NCBI GenBank assembly: GCA_963780015.1 | Contig: CAWAAO010000003.1 | Location: forward strand, 329,402-393,401 | DNA length: 64,000 bases | Direction: 5' to 3' | DNA from: an uncultured Actinomycetes bacterium | GTDB lineage: Bacteria > Actinomycetota > UBA4738 > HRBIN12 | Shown here: positions 31,177 through 43,069 of the stretch, in pieces | Layout of the letters: each line of letters opens with the position of its first letter | How positions within the stretch are numbered: the stretch's first letter is position 1 | Made by a program: the position numbers and the translations under genes | Notes under the pieces: model-generated | Seen by the model: only the letters and a program-made list of their open reading frames with translations | What the model was told of the DNA's origin: nothing | The model's database searches: none

Positions 31177-33630
31177 ATGACCCGTCGGTATGACGCCTCC
31201 GCCATCGAACCCGCGTGGGTGGCGCGCTGGGACGACGAGCGCCTCTACGAGGCCGTCGAGGACCCCGCCGACACTCGACCGCGGTTCTTCGCGCTCGACA
31301 TGTTTCCGTACCCCAGCGGGGATCTCCACATGGGGCACGCGGAGGCCTTCAGCGGTGGCGACGCCGTGGCCCGCTACCGCGCGATGCGCGGCGACAACGT
31401 GCTGCACCCGATCGGGTGGGACTCGTTCGGGCTCCCTGCCGAGAACGCCGCGATCAAGCGCGGCATCGCGCCCGGCCCCTGGACCGACGCCAACATCGAG
31501 CAGCAGTCCACGTCGTTCAAGCGGATGGGCATGTCGTTCGACTGGTCGCGCCGGCTGCACACCTCCGATCCCGAGTACTACCGGTGGACCCAATGGCTGT
31601 TCCTTCGTCTCTTCGAGAAGGGCCTTGCCTATCGGAAGGAGTCGCCGGTCAACTGGTGCCCGAAGGACGCCACCGTGCTCGCGAACGAGCAGGTGATCCA
31701 GGGCGCCTGCGAACGGTGCGGCACGCCGGTGGAGCGCCGCAACCTGACGCAGTGGTTCTTCCGGATCACGGACTACGCGCAGCGACTGCTGGACGACACC
31801 GAGGAGCTCATCGACTGGCCCGAGCGGGTCCTGACGATGCAGCGGAACTGGATCGGGCGCTCCGAGGGCGCCGAGGTCACGTTCACGATCGAGGAAACGG
31901 GCGAGGAGATCACGATCTTCACGACCCGGCCGGACACGCTGTGGGGCGCGACGTTCTTCGTGTTCGCCGTCGAGCACCCGGCGGTCCGCCGGCTGGCGGA
32001 GCTCGCCGGTACCTGGGACGAGGTCGCGCCGCTGGTCCGTGCCGCCGAGCAGACGTCGCTGGTCGATCGAGAGGCTGCCGACACGCGCGAAGGGGTGTTC
32101 CTTGGCGTCCACGCGGTGAACCCGGTCAACGGCGAGCGGATCCCGTGTTACGCGGCCCCGTACGTGCTGATGGGCTACGGCACCGGCGCGATCATGGCCG
32201 TCCCGGCGCACGATCAGCGCGACTTCGCCTTCGCGCGCGAGCACGGTATCGAGGTGCGTGTGGTCGTGCAGCCGGTGGACGGCGACACGCTGGACGGCGC
32301 CACCATGCCCGAGGCGTTCGCCGCCGAGGGGGTGCTCGTCGCGAGCGGGCCGTTCGACGGGAAGCGCACGCCCGAGTCGATCGGCGAGGTGACGTCATGG
32401 CTGGACGCCGAGGGGCGGGGCAGGCGCGCGATCAACTTCCGGCTGCGCGACTGGCTGATCAGTCGGCAGCGCTACTGGGGCCCGCCGATCCCGATCGTGC
32501 ACTGTCCGACCTGTGGCGAGGTCGCCGTGCCCGATGACCAGCTGCCGGTCCGGCTGCCCGAGGACGTCGACTTTCAACCGGGCGGTGAGAGCCCGCTGGC
32601 GCGTCATCCCACGTGGAAGCACGTCGCCTGTCCGTCCTGTGGCGGCCCGGCGGAGCGCGACACCGACACGATGGACACGTTCGTCGACTCGAGCTGGTAC
32701 TTCCTCCGGTACTGCTCGCCCGGTTACGGGGACGGGCCCTTCCGCCGCGAGGACGTCGACCGGTGGATGCCGGTCGGCCAGTACACCGGTGGGGTCGAGC
32801 ACGCGATCCTGCACCTGCTGTATTCGCGATTCTTCACGAAGGTCCTCTACGACCTGGGGATGGTCGGGTTCACAGAGCCGTTCCCGCGGCTGATGAACCA
32901 GGGGCAGGTGATCTTCGACGGCGCTTCGATGTCGAAGTCGAAGGGCAACATCGTCGAGCCGATGCCGCTGGTCGAGCGCTGGGGCGCCGACACCATGCGG
33001 CTCACGATGCTGTTCGCCGGTCCGTTCGAGGACGACATCGACTGGAAGTTGATCGCGACCCTTCCCGACAAACGACCGGGCGTGCACCAGTGGCTCGGGC
33101 GGGTGTTCGCGGCGGTGAGCGACGCGGTCGCCTCTGGTGCGGAGGAGCCCGAGGCGCTCGTGCGGCTGACGCACAAGACGATCAAGGGTGTCACCGAGGA
33201 CGTCGAGCGGTTCCGGCTGAACACGGCCATCTCGAAGCTGATGGTGCTGACCAACGAGATGCGCACGACACTGGATGCCGGCGGGGGAGCGCGCTCGGCG
33301 GCCGCGGCGCTGACGCAGCTGTTGGCGCCGCTGGCGCCGTTCGCGGCCGAGGAGCTGTGGCGGGTCGAGCTCGGCAACGAGGCTTCTGTGCACCGCTCGT
33401 CGTGGCCGACCTACGATCCGGCGCTTGCGGTCGACCGGACGGTCACCCTCGTCGTGCAGGTGGACGGGAAGGTGCGGGACACGCTCGAAGTGGCCGCCGA
33501 CATCTCCGAGGCCGACGCGCTTGCGGCCGCGATCGGAAGCGCCGGCGCGCAGCGAGCTCTGGCGGGTCGCGAGATCCGCACACAGATCGTGCGCGCGCCG
33601 AAGCTCGTGAACCTCGTGTCCGCGGGCTAG
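31177..33630 (+). CDS. leuS: leucine--tRNA ligase
   Basis: [43 protein letters not shown] and SMSKS motifs. Confidence 0.98.
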   Translation: MTRRYDASAIEPAWVARWDDERLYEAVEDPADTRPRFFALDMFPYPSGDLHMGHAEAFSGGDAVARYRAMRGDNVLHPIGWDSFGLPAENAAIKRGIAPGPWTDANIEQQSTSFKRMGMSFDWSRRLHTSDPEYYRWTQWLFLRLFEKGLAYRKESPVNWCPKDATVLANEQVIQGACERCGTPVERRNLTQWFFRITDYAQRLLDDTEELIDWPERVLTMQRNWIGRSEGAEVTFTIEETGEEITIFTTRPDTLWGATFFVFAVEHPAVRRLAELAGTWDEVAPLVRAAEQTSLVDREAADTREGVFLGVHAVNPVNGERIPCYAAPYVLMGYGTGAIMAVPAHDQRDFAFAREHGIEVRVVVQPVDGDTLDGATMPEAFAAEGVLVASGPFDGKRTPESIGEVTSWLDAEGRGRRAINFRLRDWLISRQRYWGPPIPIVHCPTCGEVAVPDDQLPVRLPEDVDFQPGGESPLARHPTWKHVACPSCGGPAERDTDTMDTFVDSSWYFLRYCSPGYGDGPFRREDVDRWMPVGQYTGGVEHAILHLLYSRFFTKVLYDLGMVGFTEPFPRLMNQGQVIFDGASMSKSKGNIVEPMPLVERWGADTMRLTMLFAGPFEDDIDWKLIATLPDKRPGVHQWLGRVFAAVSDAVASGAEEPEALVRLTHKTIKGVTEDVERFRLNTAISKLMVLTNEMRTTLDAGGGARSAAAALTQLLAPLAPFAAEELWRVELGNEASVHRSSWPTYDPALAVDRTVTLVVQVDGKVRDTLEVAADISEADALAAAIGSAGAQRALAGREIRTQIVRAPKLVNLVSAG

Positions 33631-33646
33631 CGTCCCGCGACCCAGG

Positions 33647-34722
33647 TCAGGCGGAGCGCACCTCGACCTCGATCCGCTCCACGGCGTTGTTGAGGTATCC
33701 GCCCAGGTTCGGTGTCGGCGAGTCCGGCTGGGTCGCGCCGTCGGCATCGGTCGCTCGGCTGCAGACCGTGTGGCGGCCGGGGCTGGCATCCCAGGGAAGG
33801 ACCACGAGCGCCAGGCGTGTGGCGCGGGCTCTGGGCCGAGCGTGGCATCGGCCCAGGTCGCGCCACCGTCGGTGCTGACCTCGACGCGGGCGATCGCCGC
33901 CGTGCCGGACCACGCGCGACCCGACAGCTGCACGGACCCCGCGTCGAGGACGCGTGTGCGCGGCAGGAACGTCGAGAATCCGGGAGGCACCATCAGGCTG
34001 CGCACCCGGATCCGTTCGATCGGTGTCCCGGGGTCCGCCTCGGTGTCGCGGAGGCGGTAACTGGTGACGTTCTGATAGCCCACGAACGCGGTCTCGAGCA
34101 CCCGGATGCGGGTGAGCCACTTCACGTGCGCCATCCCGTACCAGCCCGGGACGATCAGGCGAAGCGGGAAGCCGTGCTGCGGCGGCAGCGGCTGGCCGTT
34201 CATCTCGTAGGCGAGGAACAGGTCCGGTCTGCTCGCCTCGGCGAGCGAGAGTCCGCGCTCGTAGTCCTGCTCGACGTCGCCCTCGATGCCGTGATCCAGC
34301 CCGGCGAACGCGATGTCGACGGCGCCAGCCAGGGGTTCCGACTCCGCCAGCAGCGGCGCGAGCGGGGTCCCGGTCCACGCCGCGGTTCCGACCGCGCCGC
34401 GCAGCCAGGGCTGGCTGATCGCGCGCGGTTCCAGGAGCGCCCGTCCGTTGCCCGCACACTCGAGTGTCACGACGGCGGTGACCGAGGGCCGGTCGCGAAG
34501 CTCCTCGAGCGTCAGTGTCCGCGGACGTGCGACGTGCCCGTCGATCGTCAATCGGAACGATCCCGGGTCGACGTCGGGGATGTCGTAGTGGGTCAGGAGA
34601 TAGTGCAGACCGATCGGCGTGATGTCGGAGCGGAGCGCCTCGTGCGGCATAGCGTGGTTCCGCGCCGCCAGATCGAGCTCGTCGATGCCGATCCCTGCGT
34701 CGTGTCCCGCGGTCCGCTCCAT
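33647..34722 (-). CDS. sulfite oxidase-family molybdopterin oxidoreductase (frameshift near 33790)
   Basis: LECAGNGR, AYEMNGQPLPPQHGFPLRLIVPGWYG..VKW, VEVSTDGG and RATD motifs. Confidence 0.9.
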
Positions 34723-34792
34723 CGATCTCCTTCCGGTCGTCGACCCGGGTATAGCAGGTGGCCGAGTCGCCGTCTCGGCACCCGCGATCCGG

Positions 34793-34808
34793 TGTGACAC
34801 CCGTCACG
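34793..34808. promoter_or_regulatory. CRP/FNR-family-like binding site TGTGA-N6-TCACG
   Basis: 9/10 match to TGTGA-N6-TCACA, centred about 42 nt upstream of the comEA ATG. Confidence 0.55.
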
Positions 34809-34842
34809 AAGTGCGAGCGGCGCCGCGCGTACGGTCGCGCGA

Positions 34843-35508
34843 ATGAACATCCGCGAACGTCTCGATTCCCTGTCCCGTGGCGAGCTCGCCGGCCTCGTCG
34901 TCGTGATCGTGCTGCTGCTGGCGGCCGTCGGGGTCTGGTACACGCGCTCGTTGCCGCGGCCGATCGACATCGCGACCAACGCGGCGCCGATGGGCGTTGC
35001 GTCGTCGGTGCCATCCGCGTCGGTCGCCGTGGCTCCGTCCGCCTCGACCTCGGCCAGCCCCAGCACGACGCTGATCGTCGATGTGACCGGGTGGGTGCGC
35101 AAGCCGGGAGTATTCGAATTCGAACCGGGCGACCGGGTGATCGACGCGGTCGAACGCGCCGGCGGGGCACGCGACAACGCGGATCTCACGCTGCTGAACC
35201 TTGCGGCGCCCCTGGTCGACGGGCAGCAGATCCTCGTGCCGAAGGAAGGAGCGCAGGTACCCGGCACGGTGCCCGGAACGACGCCGGGCACCACCGGCGT
35301 GCCCGGCGCAACCGGCGCGCTCGTCAACATCAACACCGCGGACGAGGCAACCCTCGAGACCTTGAACGGTGTCGGTCCCGTCTTGGCGGCCTCGATCATC
35401 GCCTATCGCACCGAGCACGGACCGTTCACGTCGATCGATCAGCTCGACGAGGTCTCCGGGATCGGCCCCGCCACGATGGAGGACCTTCGCTCGCAGGTGA
35501 CGGTGTGA
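34843..35508 (+). CDS. comEA: competence DNA-binding protein ComEA
   Basis: TM, SLBB domain (VDVTGWVRKPGV...LNLAAPLVDGQQI) and HhH domain (VNINTA, GVGPVLA, VSGIG). Confidence 0.95.
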   Translation: MNIRERLDSLSRGELAGLVVVIVLLLAAVGVWYTRSLPRPIDIATNAAPMGVASSVPSASVAVAPSASTSASPSTTLIVDVTGWVRKPGVFEFEPGDRVIDAVERAGGARDNADLTLLNLAAPLVDGQQILVPKEGAQVPGTVPGTTPGTTGVPGATGALVNINTADEATLETLNGVGPVLAASIIAYRTEHGPFTSIDQLDEVSGIGPATMEDLRSQVTV

Positions 35509-35515
35509 GGCGCCG

Positions 35516-37919
35516 GTGCAGGGCTGGGGAGCACCGCTCGCGGCCGCCACGTTCTGGGCCGGCCTGCTCGTGTGGAACGGCAGGCCCACCCCGGTCGCGT
35601 CGTGGGCGTGGTGGGTCTGGGTCGTGCTCGGGGGCGTGGCCCTCGCCGCCGCCTGGGCCGCGGCTCCCGGGCGGCGCCGCACCGATGCCCTTCGTATCGC
35701 CGGCCTGACACCGAGCGACCATCCGTCGGTGGCGGCCGTGTCGGCACCGCGGTCGGATCGTCGCCGCGGCCCGGCGGCGGCGCTCGCGCTCCTGATCGTC
35801 GGCGTCCTGCTCTGCGGCATCGGCTGGGCCGGGCTCGGCGCCGCCCGCGTCGAGGGTTCTCTGCTGGCGCGTCTCGCCCCGCGCACCGTGACGCTGACGG
35901 GGACGCTGCGGGAGGACCCGGAGCCGAGCCCGTACGGCTGGCACGCGCTGGTCGATGTCGGGCGTGTCGAGTGGTCGGGCAACGCGGCGGCCGTTCGGGA
36001 AACGGCGTGGGTCAGCGGCAACGAGGACGTTCCCCCCGCGGTGCGAGGCGATCAACTCCGCATCGAGGGCACCCTGCAGGTCCCCGACGACGCCGGGTTC
36101 GCGCAGTCGCTGTCGCATCGCGGGCTGGCGGTGAGCGTCCGGGCCTTCGACGTCGAGCGGGTCGGCGGCGCGCCGGCACCGTTCATCCGGCTCGACCCAG
36201 GTGGTGCGGGCGTTCGTCGGCCGCACGATCGAGCGGATCTTCCCGCCGCGCGAGGCGGGCCTGCTGCTCGGCCTCGTGCTCGGCGACGCCTCGAAGCTCG
36301 ACCCGGTCACGACACGCGACTTCCAGACGACCGGCCTCGGCCACCTGTTGGTCGTCTCCGGCGAGAACGTCGCGATGGTGTTGGCGCCCGTCGTGGCCTT
36401 CGCCGGCGCGTTGCGGGTGGGGGCGCTCACGCGCTTTGGGATGGGCCTCGGCGTGGTCGTGCTCTTCGTGGTGCTCACCGGTGCGGAGCCGTCCGTGCTG
36501 CGCGCCGGGGCGATGGCCTCGCTCGCCCTCATCGGGATCCTGCTCGGCAAGCCTCGGGCGACGGGCACGATCCTGGCCGCGGCGGTGCTGGCGCTGCTCG
36601 TCCTCGACCCGTGGCTCGTGCACGCGATCGGGTTCCAGCTGTCCGTCGCCGCAACGGCGGGCATGGTCACGCTGGCGACGCCGCTTGCCGAGCGGCTCGG
36701 CCGGCTGCTGCCGGTGCCCGTCGCCATGGCCTTCGGCACGACGATCGCCGCGCAGCTCGGGGTCACACCGCTGCTCCTGTTCCACTTCCACGAGGTGCCG
36801 GGCGTCACCATCGCGGCGAACCTGGCGGCGTTCCCCGCGGTCTCGCCGGCGCTGCTCCTTGGGATCGCGGCCTCGGCTCTGGGCCTGGTCTGGCTGCCGC
36901 TCGGGCACGCGGTGTCGTTCGTGGCGCGCATCCCGATGCGCTACCTGGAGGTTGTCGCATCGACGCTCGCGAAGGCGCCGATCGCGTGGATCACCTCCGG
37001 CGGCGGACCGTGGGTGCTCATCATCGGGGCGTCCGCTTTCGTCGCGATCGCGGCCTGGATGCGCAGCGGGTGGCGTCCTCCGCGCCGGCTGGTCGTCGTC
37101 GCGATCGCGCTGGCGCCGTTGGTGGTGTGGCAGGCGGCGCTCGGCGCCGGACCGCCGGCGGGGCTGACGGTGCGCATGCTCGACATCGGACAGGGCGACT
37201 CGATCCTGATCACGAGCCCCGGCGGCGCGACCGTGCTGATCGACGGCGGCCCCGACGAGGAGCTCGCGGCGCAGTTGCTCGTGTCCTACGGGGTCAAGCG
37301 GCTGGACGCCGTGATCGCCACCCATCCCCACGCCGATCACATCGCCGGTCTGCCGCAGATACTCGCCCGCTTCCCCGTCGGCGTCTTCCTGGAGCCCGGG
37401 TGCCCGGACGCCACGGAGCTCCAGGCGGGCCTGCACGAGGAGATCGAGGCGCAGGGCATCCCCGTGCGCGACCCGCGCGCCGGCGATGTCGTGCTCGTCG
37501 GCGACCTGTCGTTCCGAGTGCTGTCGCCGGACCGATGCTGGAACGACTCGCATTCCGATCCGAACAACGACTCGATCGTGCTGCTGCTCGATGCGGGCGG
37601 CGACTCGATGCTGTTCACGGGCGACAGCGAGGTCGAGGCGCAGCAGGTGCTGCTCGACACGGGCGTCCTCACCGACGTCGACGTGCTCAAGATGCCGCAC
37701 CACGGGGGCGACACGTCGTTGCCGGAGTTGTTCCCGGCGGTGGCGCCGGAGGTGATCGCGATCAGTGTGGGGCAACCCAACCCCTACGGACATCCGAACC
37801 CAACGGCGATGGCCGAGGCGCAGGCGACCGGCGCCGAGATCTGGCGGACCGACGAGCACGGCACTCTCACCATCACCTGGGACGCGCGCGGCGATCCCCA
37901 GGTCGTGGGGGAACGCTGA
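35516..37919 (+). CDS. comEC: competence channel ComEC/Rec2 (frameshift near 36200)
   Basis: GLGHLLVVSGEN, PSVLRA, GFQLS and a metallo-beta-lactamase domain (DIGQGD, THPHADH, HHG, YGHP). Confidence 0.95.
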
Positions 37920-37950
37920 GCCTGTCGGTCGCGACGAGTACCATCCCGCC

Positions 37951-38886
37951 ATGACGAACGCGGCGCATCCCCCGGTGATCCTGCTGTGGGGCGAGGACGC
38001 GTTCCTGCTCCGCGAGGCGGCGCTGCAGCTGCTCGGGGACCTGCGGGCCACGGAGGTCGATGCGGGGGAGTGGCAGGGTGGCGAGCTGCAGGACCTCGCC
38101 ACCCCTTCGCTGTTCGGTGAGCCGCGGGCGCTGCTGGTCACGGATTGCCGCAGCCTGCCGAAGGACGCGCTCGGCGAGCTGGCCGCCTACCTCTCGGCCC
38201 CCGACCCCGACGCACCGCTCGTGCTCGCCTGCACGACCGCCGAGCGGGGCAAGCCGCCCGCGGCCCTCGTGAAGATCGTCGAGCCGGTCGGCGAGGTGCG
38301 GCAGGTGCAGATCCAGCGCAAGGAGCTCGAACCGTGGCTGGTCCAGCGCGCCAAGGCGGCCGGGCTCGAGCTCACGCCGCCGGCCGCTCGCGCACTCGTC
38401 GAGACGCTCGGCGAGGACATCGGCCAGCTCGCCGCGGCCGTCGAGCAGCTCACCGGCGCGTTCCAGGGCCAGCAGATCACCCCCGCCCTCATCCACGCGC
38501 AGTTCCGCGGTCTCGGCGAGCAGAAGAGCTGGGACCTCTGCGACCGTGCGTTCGGCAAGGACCTGCCCGGGGCGATCCGGTCGCTGCGCTCGATCGAGGA
38601 AGGGGGAGACGACGCGCTCATGGTGCTGGGGGCGATCGCGGCGCGGCTCCGCGACCTGATGCGGGTGCGAGCCCTGCCCGATCGGCTGCCGCCGGCGCAG
38701 CTGGCCAAGCAGGCGGGCTTGCGCTTCGAATGGCAGGCCCGCCGCTACCAGCAGCAGGCGCGCAACTTCTCCCTCGAGCGGCTGGTCGCGATCCACCAAG
38801 AGGTGGCCGAGACCGATCGAGCGTTGAAGTCGGGCGCGCCGGGCGAGGTCGTGATGCCGGTGCTGATCGCGTCGATCGCGGCCTAG
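37951..38886 (+). CDS. holA: DNA polymerase III delta subunit
   Basis: LLWGEDAFL and TPSLFG motifs; position between comEC and rpsT. Confidence 0.9.
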   Translation: MTNAAHPPVILLWGEDAFLLREAALQLLGDLRATEVDAGEWQGGELQDLATPSLFGEPRALLVTDCRSLPKDALGELAAYLSAPDPDAPLVLACTTAERGKPPAALVKIVEPVGEVRQVQIQRKELEPWLVQRAKAAGLELTPPAARALVETLGEDIGQLAAAVEQLTGAFQGQQITPALIHAQFRGLGEQKSWDLCDRAFGKDLPGAIRSLRSIEEGGDDALMVLGAIAARLRDLMRVRALPDRLPPAQLAKQAGLRFEWQARRYQQQARNFSLERLVAIHQEVAETDRALKSGAPGEVVMPVLIASIAA

Positions 38887-38901
38887 ACCGCAGCGTGTCG
38901 G

Positions 38902-39174
38902 CTAGGCGGACGCGGAGACGGCGTTCGTCGCCTTGGCCAGGCGGCTCTTCTTGCGGGCGGCGGTCTTCTTGTGCAACACGCCCTTGCTCGCGGCCTTGTC
39001 GAGCGCCCGTGCGGCCTCGCGCTGGCTGGTGACCGCGGCCTCGGCGTCGCCGGACGTGACCGCGGCCTGCACCTTCTTGGTCGTGGTCTTGAGCGAGCTC
39101 TTCGCGGCGATGTTGCGCTGGTGCCGCTTCTCGTTCTGGATATTGCGCTTCTTCTGGGATTTGATGTTTGCCAT
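38902..39174 (-). CDS. rpsT: 30S ribosomal protein S20
   Basis: MANIKSQKKR...KGVLHKKTAARKKSRL. Confidence 0.99.
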   Translation of the reverse strand: MANIKSQKKRNIQNEKRHQRNIAAKSSLKTTTKKVQAAVTSGDAEAAVTSQREAARALDKAASKGVLHKKTAARKKSRLAKATNAVSASA

Positions 39175-39228
39175 ACGAGCCGAGGAGTCTACCAGCGCGG
39201 CCGACTGGCCCGAGGGAGGAAGGCGTCG

Positions 39229-40116
39229 ATGCGCATGCGGACCGTGGCCGTGGTGGTCGTGGCCGCAGCGTCGATCGCCGCGACCTCGTGTACGGGCGCC
39301 TCCTCGAGCTCTCCGTCCACGTCACCCTCGTCCGCGTCGCTCACGTTCGACAAGATCGACGTGGGTGGCTACCGGCTGGCCTACGAATGCCTCGGCGATG
39401 GCGCACCCACGATCATCGCCGAGGCGGGCTACGACACGGGTGGCATGGGCGCGTTCACGGACGTGCTGCAGGATCTCGCGGCCACCACGCGGGTGTGCAC
39501 CTACGACCGTGCCGGGATCGGGAACAGCGATGATCGGCCGAAGACGCCGGGCCTGACGAGCGAGGATCAGGCCGACGAACTGCAGGCATTGCTCACCGGC
39601 GCCGGGATCCAGCCGCCGTACGTTCTCATGGCGCATTCCTACGGGGGGTTCATCGCGCGGATGTTCGCGGCCGACCATCGTGACGAGGTCGCGGGGATGA
39701 TCCTGATCGAGAGCTCGCACGAGGATGAGATCGCTCCGTATCGGCGGTACTACGGGTCGCCCGACGGTGACTGGATCGACGGGGGAAGCCTGATCGACAT
39801 CGCCGCGACCGGCCGGGCGCTCCGGACGCGTGCTCGGGACTTCGGCGCGATGCCGCTGATCGTGATCCGAGCCGAGCGGTACGAAGACGTGCTGTCGCCG
39901 GCTCTGTGGCGCCGGACGCAGGCGGACCTCGCGACGTTGTCCTCGGACTCCATCGAGGTCGAAGCCCTCGGATCGGGCCATTTCGTCGTGGACGACAACG
40001 CCACGGTGGTGGTGACGGCGGCCGACGCGGTGGTCGAGGCGGTGCGTGCGGGCGGCGGGCTCGCGTCCTGCGACGAGATCTTCGGTGCCGTCGGCGCCCG
40101 GTGTCTCCAGGGCTGA
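39229..40116 (+). CDS. alpha/beta hydrolase lipoprotein
   Basis: lipobox ATSC, YDRAGIGNSD, AHSYGG nucleophile elbow and SGHFV. Confidence 0.88.
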   Translation: MRMRTVAVVVVAAASIAATSCTGASSSSPSTSPSSASLTFDKIDVGGYRLAYECLGDGAPTIIAEAGYDTGGMGAFTDVLQDLAATTRVCTYDRAGIGNSDDRPKTPGLTSEDQADELQALLTGAGIQPPYVLMAHSYGGFIARMFAADHRDEVAGMILIESSHEDEIAPYRRYYGSPDGDWIDGGSLIDIAATGRALRTRARDFGAMPLIVIRAERYEDVLSPALWRRTQADLATLSSDSIEVEALGSGHFVVDDNATVVVTAADAVVEAVRAGGGLASCDEIFGAVGARCLQG

Positions 40117-40143
40117 GGCCCTGCCCCGTACCATGGGGGTCTC

Positions 40144-41955
40144 GTGCCGACCGACATCTCGCACATCCGCAACTTCTGCATCGTGGCGCATATCGACCAC
40201 GGCAAGTCGACGCTGGCCGACCGCATGCTCGAGATCACCCATACGGTCGAGGGCCGCAACATGCGGGCGCAGTACCTCGACAAGATGGACCTCGAGCGCG
40301 AACGGGGCATCACGATCAAGGCGCAGGCCGTGCGGCTGCAGCACGAGGGGTTCGAGCTCAACCTGATCGATACGCCCGGCCACGTCGACTTCACCTACGA
40401 GGTGTCTCGGTCGTTGGCGGCCTGCGAGGGGGCGATCCTGCTGGTCGACGCCGCGCAGGGCCTGGAGGCCCAGACACTTGCGAACTTCCACCTGGCGCGC
40501 GACGCCGGCCTCACGATCGTCCCCGCGCTGAACAAGATCGATCTGCCGGCGGCCGAGCCCGACAAGCGCGCCGACGAGCTCGCCAACCTGCTGGACTGCG
40601 ATCCCGAGGACATCCTGCGCGTGTCGGCCAAGTCGGGGGCGGGTGTGGCCGAGCTCATCAAGGCGGTGATCGAGCGGGTGCCGGCGCCGGTCGGCGACGG
40701 CGACGCACCGCTCCAGGCGCTGATCTTCGACTCGGCCTTCGATACCTATCGTGGGGTGATCGCGTACGTGCGGGTCAAGCGTGGCCGGCTGCCGAGCAAC
40801 GCGAAGATCAAGCTGTTCGCGACGGGCATCACGTCGGAGGCCGAAGAGGCGGGCGTCATGTCGCCCGAGGCGACGCCCGTCGACGCGCTCGGTCCCGGCG
40901 AGGTCGGCTACCTCGTGACGGGGCTCAAGGACGTCCATCAGGCCAAGGTGGGCGACACGATCACGCTGGCGGGCAAGGGCGCCGCCACCGAGCCGTTGCA
41001 CGGCTACCGAGAGCCCAAGCCCATGGTGTGGTCCGGGCTGTTCCCCGCAGACGGTTCGGACTACTCGGCGTTCCGAGAGGCGTTGGACAAGCTGAAGCTC
41101 TCGGACTCCGCGCTGGTCTATGAACCGGAGACCTCGATGGCGCTCGGGTTCGGGTTCCGCGTCGGGTTCCTCGGGCTGCTGCACATGGACATCGTGCGCG
41201 AACGCCTGGAGCGGGAGTTCGACCTGGAGCTGATCTCCACGGCGCCCAACGTCGAGTTCCACGTGTTCAAGGGCGGCGACGAGGCGATCGTGCACAACCC
41301 GGCAGAGATGCCGCCCGGCGGCGACTACGAGCGTGTCGAGGAGCCCATCGTGTACGCGACGATCATCACCCCGAGCGAGTACCTGGGGGCGATCTTCGAG
41401 CTGTGCCAGGCGCGGCGCGGCGAGATGGTCGACATGACCTACCTCACCCCCGAGCGCGTCGAGGTCCACTACGTGCTGCCGCTGGCCGAGATCGTCTTCG
41501 ACTTCTTCGATCAGCTGAAGTCGCGCACGCGCGGGTTCGCGAGCCTCGACTACGAGCCGTGGGGATTCCAGGACTCCAAGCTCGTGCGGGTCGACATCAT
41601 GTTGCACGGCGAGCCGGTCGACGCGTTCTCGTCGGTCGTGCATCGCGACAAGGCATACGAGTACGGCAAGAAGATGACCGAGCGGCTGAAGGAGCTGATC
41701 CCGCGGCAGCTGTTCGACGTCGCCGTGCAGGCCTCGATCGGCGCGAAGGTGATCGCGCGCGAGACCGTGAAGGCCAAGCGCAAGGACGTGCTCGCCAAGT
41801 GTTACGGCGGTGACATCACCCGCAAGCGCAAGCTGCTCGAGACCCAGAAGAAGGGGAAGGAGCGCATGCGCCGCGTGGGCAAGGTGGACGTGCCGCAGGA
41901 GGCGTTCATCGCCGCGCTGCGGGTGGACGACGCGAAGGCGGGCGGTCGGAAATGA
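40144..41955 (+). CDS. lepA: translation elongation factor 4
   Basis: [24 protein letters not shown] and [14 protein letters not shown] motifs. Confidence 0.98.
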   Translation: MPTDISHIRNFCIVAHIDHGKSTLADRMLEITHTVEGRNMRAQYLDKMDLERERGITIKAQAVRLQHEGFELNLIDTPGHVDFTYEVSRSLAACEGAILLVDAAQGLEAQTLANFHLARDAGLTIVPALNKIDLPAAEPDKRADELANLLDCDPEDILRVSAKSGAGVAELIKAVIERVPAPVGDGDAPLQALIFDSAFDTYRGVIAYVRVKRGRLPSNAKIKLFATGITSEAEEAGVMSPEATPVDALGPGEVGYLVTGLKDVHQAKVGDTITLAGKGAATEPLHGYREPKPMVWSGLFPADGSDYSAFREALDKLKLSDSALVYEPETSMALGFGFRVGFLGLLHMDIVRERLEREFDLELISTAPNVEFHVFKGGDEAIVHNPAEMPPGGDYERVEEPIVYATIITPSEYLGAIFELCQARRGEMVDMTYLTPERVEVHYVLPLAEIVFDFFDQLKSRTRGFASLDYEPWGFQDSKLVRVDIMLHGEPVDAFSSVVHRDKAYEYGKKMTERLKELIPRQLFDVAVQASIGAKVIARETVKAKRKDVLAKCYGGDITRKRKLLETQKKGKERMRRVGKVDVPQEAFIAALRVDDAKAGGRK

Positions 41956-43061
41956 ACGACGATGCCGCCGGCATCTATGTGCACGTCCCGTTCTGCCTGA
42001 CGCGGTGTGGCTACTGCGACTTCAACGCCTACGCGGGTCTCGACGAGCTGAAGCCTCGGTATCTGGCGGCCCTGTTGGCGGAAGCCGAATTGGCGGCGCC
42101 GGGCTGGGAGGGCACCCCGTTCGTCAGCGTGTTCCTCGGCGGCGGGACGCCGACCACGGTCGCCCCCGCCGATCTGCGCGCGTTGCTCGTGCACCTGCGC
42201 GATCGGTTCGCGCTGGCCGACGACGCCGAGGTCACGATCGAGGCGAACCCCGACACGGTGGATGTCGCGTCGCTGCGGGCGCTCCGCGACGCCGGGTATG
42301 ACCGGTTGTCGATGGGGGCGCAGTCCTTCGACGTGGCCGTGCTGGCATCGCTGGAACGGATCCATCAGCCGGCATCGGTGCGCGCGGCGATGACCGCCGC
42401 CCGGCAGGCCGGCTACGACAACGTCAACCTCGATCTGATCTACGGCACGGAGGGGGAGTCGCTCGAATCGTGGGAGCGCACGTTGCGTGAGGCGATCGCG
42501 CTCGCGCCGGAGCACGTGAGCGCCTACGCCCTGACGATCGAGCCGGCGACGGCGCTCGGCCGGCAGATCGCGGCGGGCGCGCGGTCCTCGCCCGACCCGG
42601 ACGTGCAAGCGGACATGTTCGGCGTGGCGTGCGAGCTGCTGCGCGAGGCGGGCTACCACCACTACGAGGTGTCGAACTGGGCGCGGCCGGGGTTCGAGTG
42701 CCGGCACAACCTGGGGTACTGGGAGCGCCGGCCCTACGTCGGGCTGGGCGCGGGCGCGCACGCGTATCGCGACGACGTGCGCTGGTGGAACGTCCGCCCG
42801 CCCGAGACCTACATGGAGAAGGTCGAGGCGGGGGAGCTGCCGATCGGCGGCAGCGAATCGCTCGACCCGTCCGACGCCTACCTCGAGGAAGTGTTCCTCA
42901 AGCTGCGGATCCTCGAAGGCGTGCCCGCGAGTTGGTTCGAGTCGGAGCGCTACGATTCGTTCGTCGCCAGCGGTCTGCTCGTCGATGAGTTCGGCCAGTT
43001 GGTGCCGACCGAGCGAGGCATGCTCCTGCTCAACGAGCTCGTGCTCGGCCTCACTGGCTGA
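41952..43061 (+). CDS. hemW: radical SAM heme chaperone HemW
   Basis: [28 protein letters not shown] and HNLGYW; follows lepA. Confidence 0.93.
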   Translation: MNDDAAGIYVHVPFCLTRCGYCDFNAYAGLDELKPRYLAALLAEAELAAPGWEGTPFVSVFLGGGTPTTVAPADLRALLVHLRDRFALADDAEVTIEANPDTVDVASLRALRDAGYDRLSMGAQSFDVAVLASLERIHQPASVRAAMTAARQAGYDNVNLDLIYGTEGESLESWERTLREAIALAPEHVSAYALTIEPATALGRQIAAGARSSPDPDVQADMFGVACELLREAGYHHYEVSNWARPGFECRHNLGYWERRPYVGLGAGAHAYRDDVRWWNVRPPETYMEKVEAGELPIGGSESLDPSDAYLEEVFLKLRILEGVPASWFESERYDSFVASGLLVDEFGQLVPTERGMLLLNELVLGLTG

Positions 43062-43069
43062 CCGAGCTC

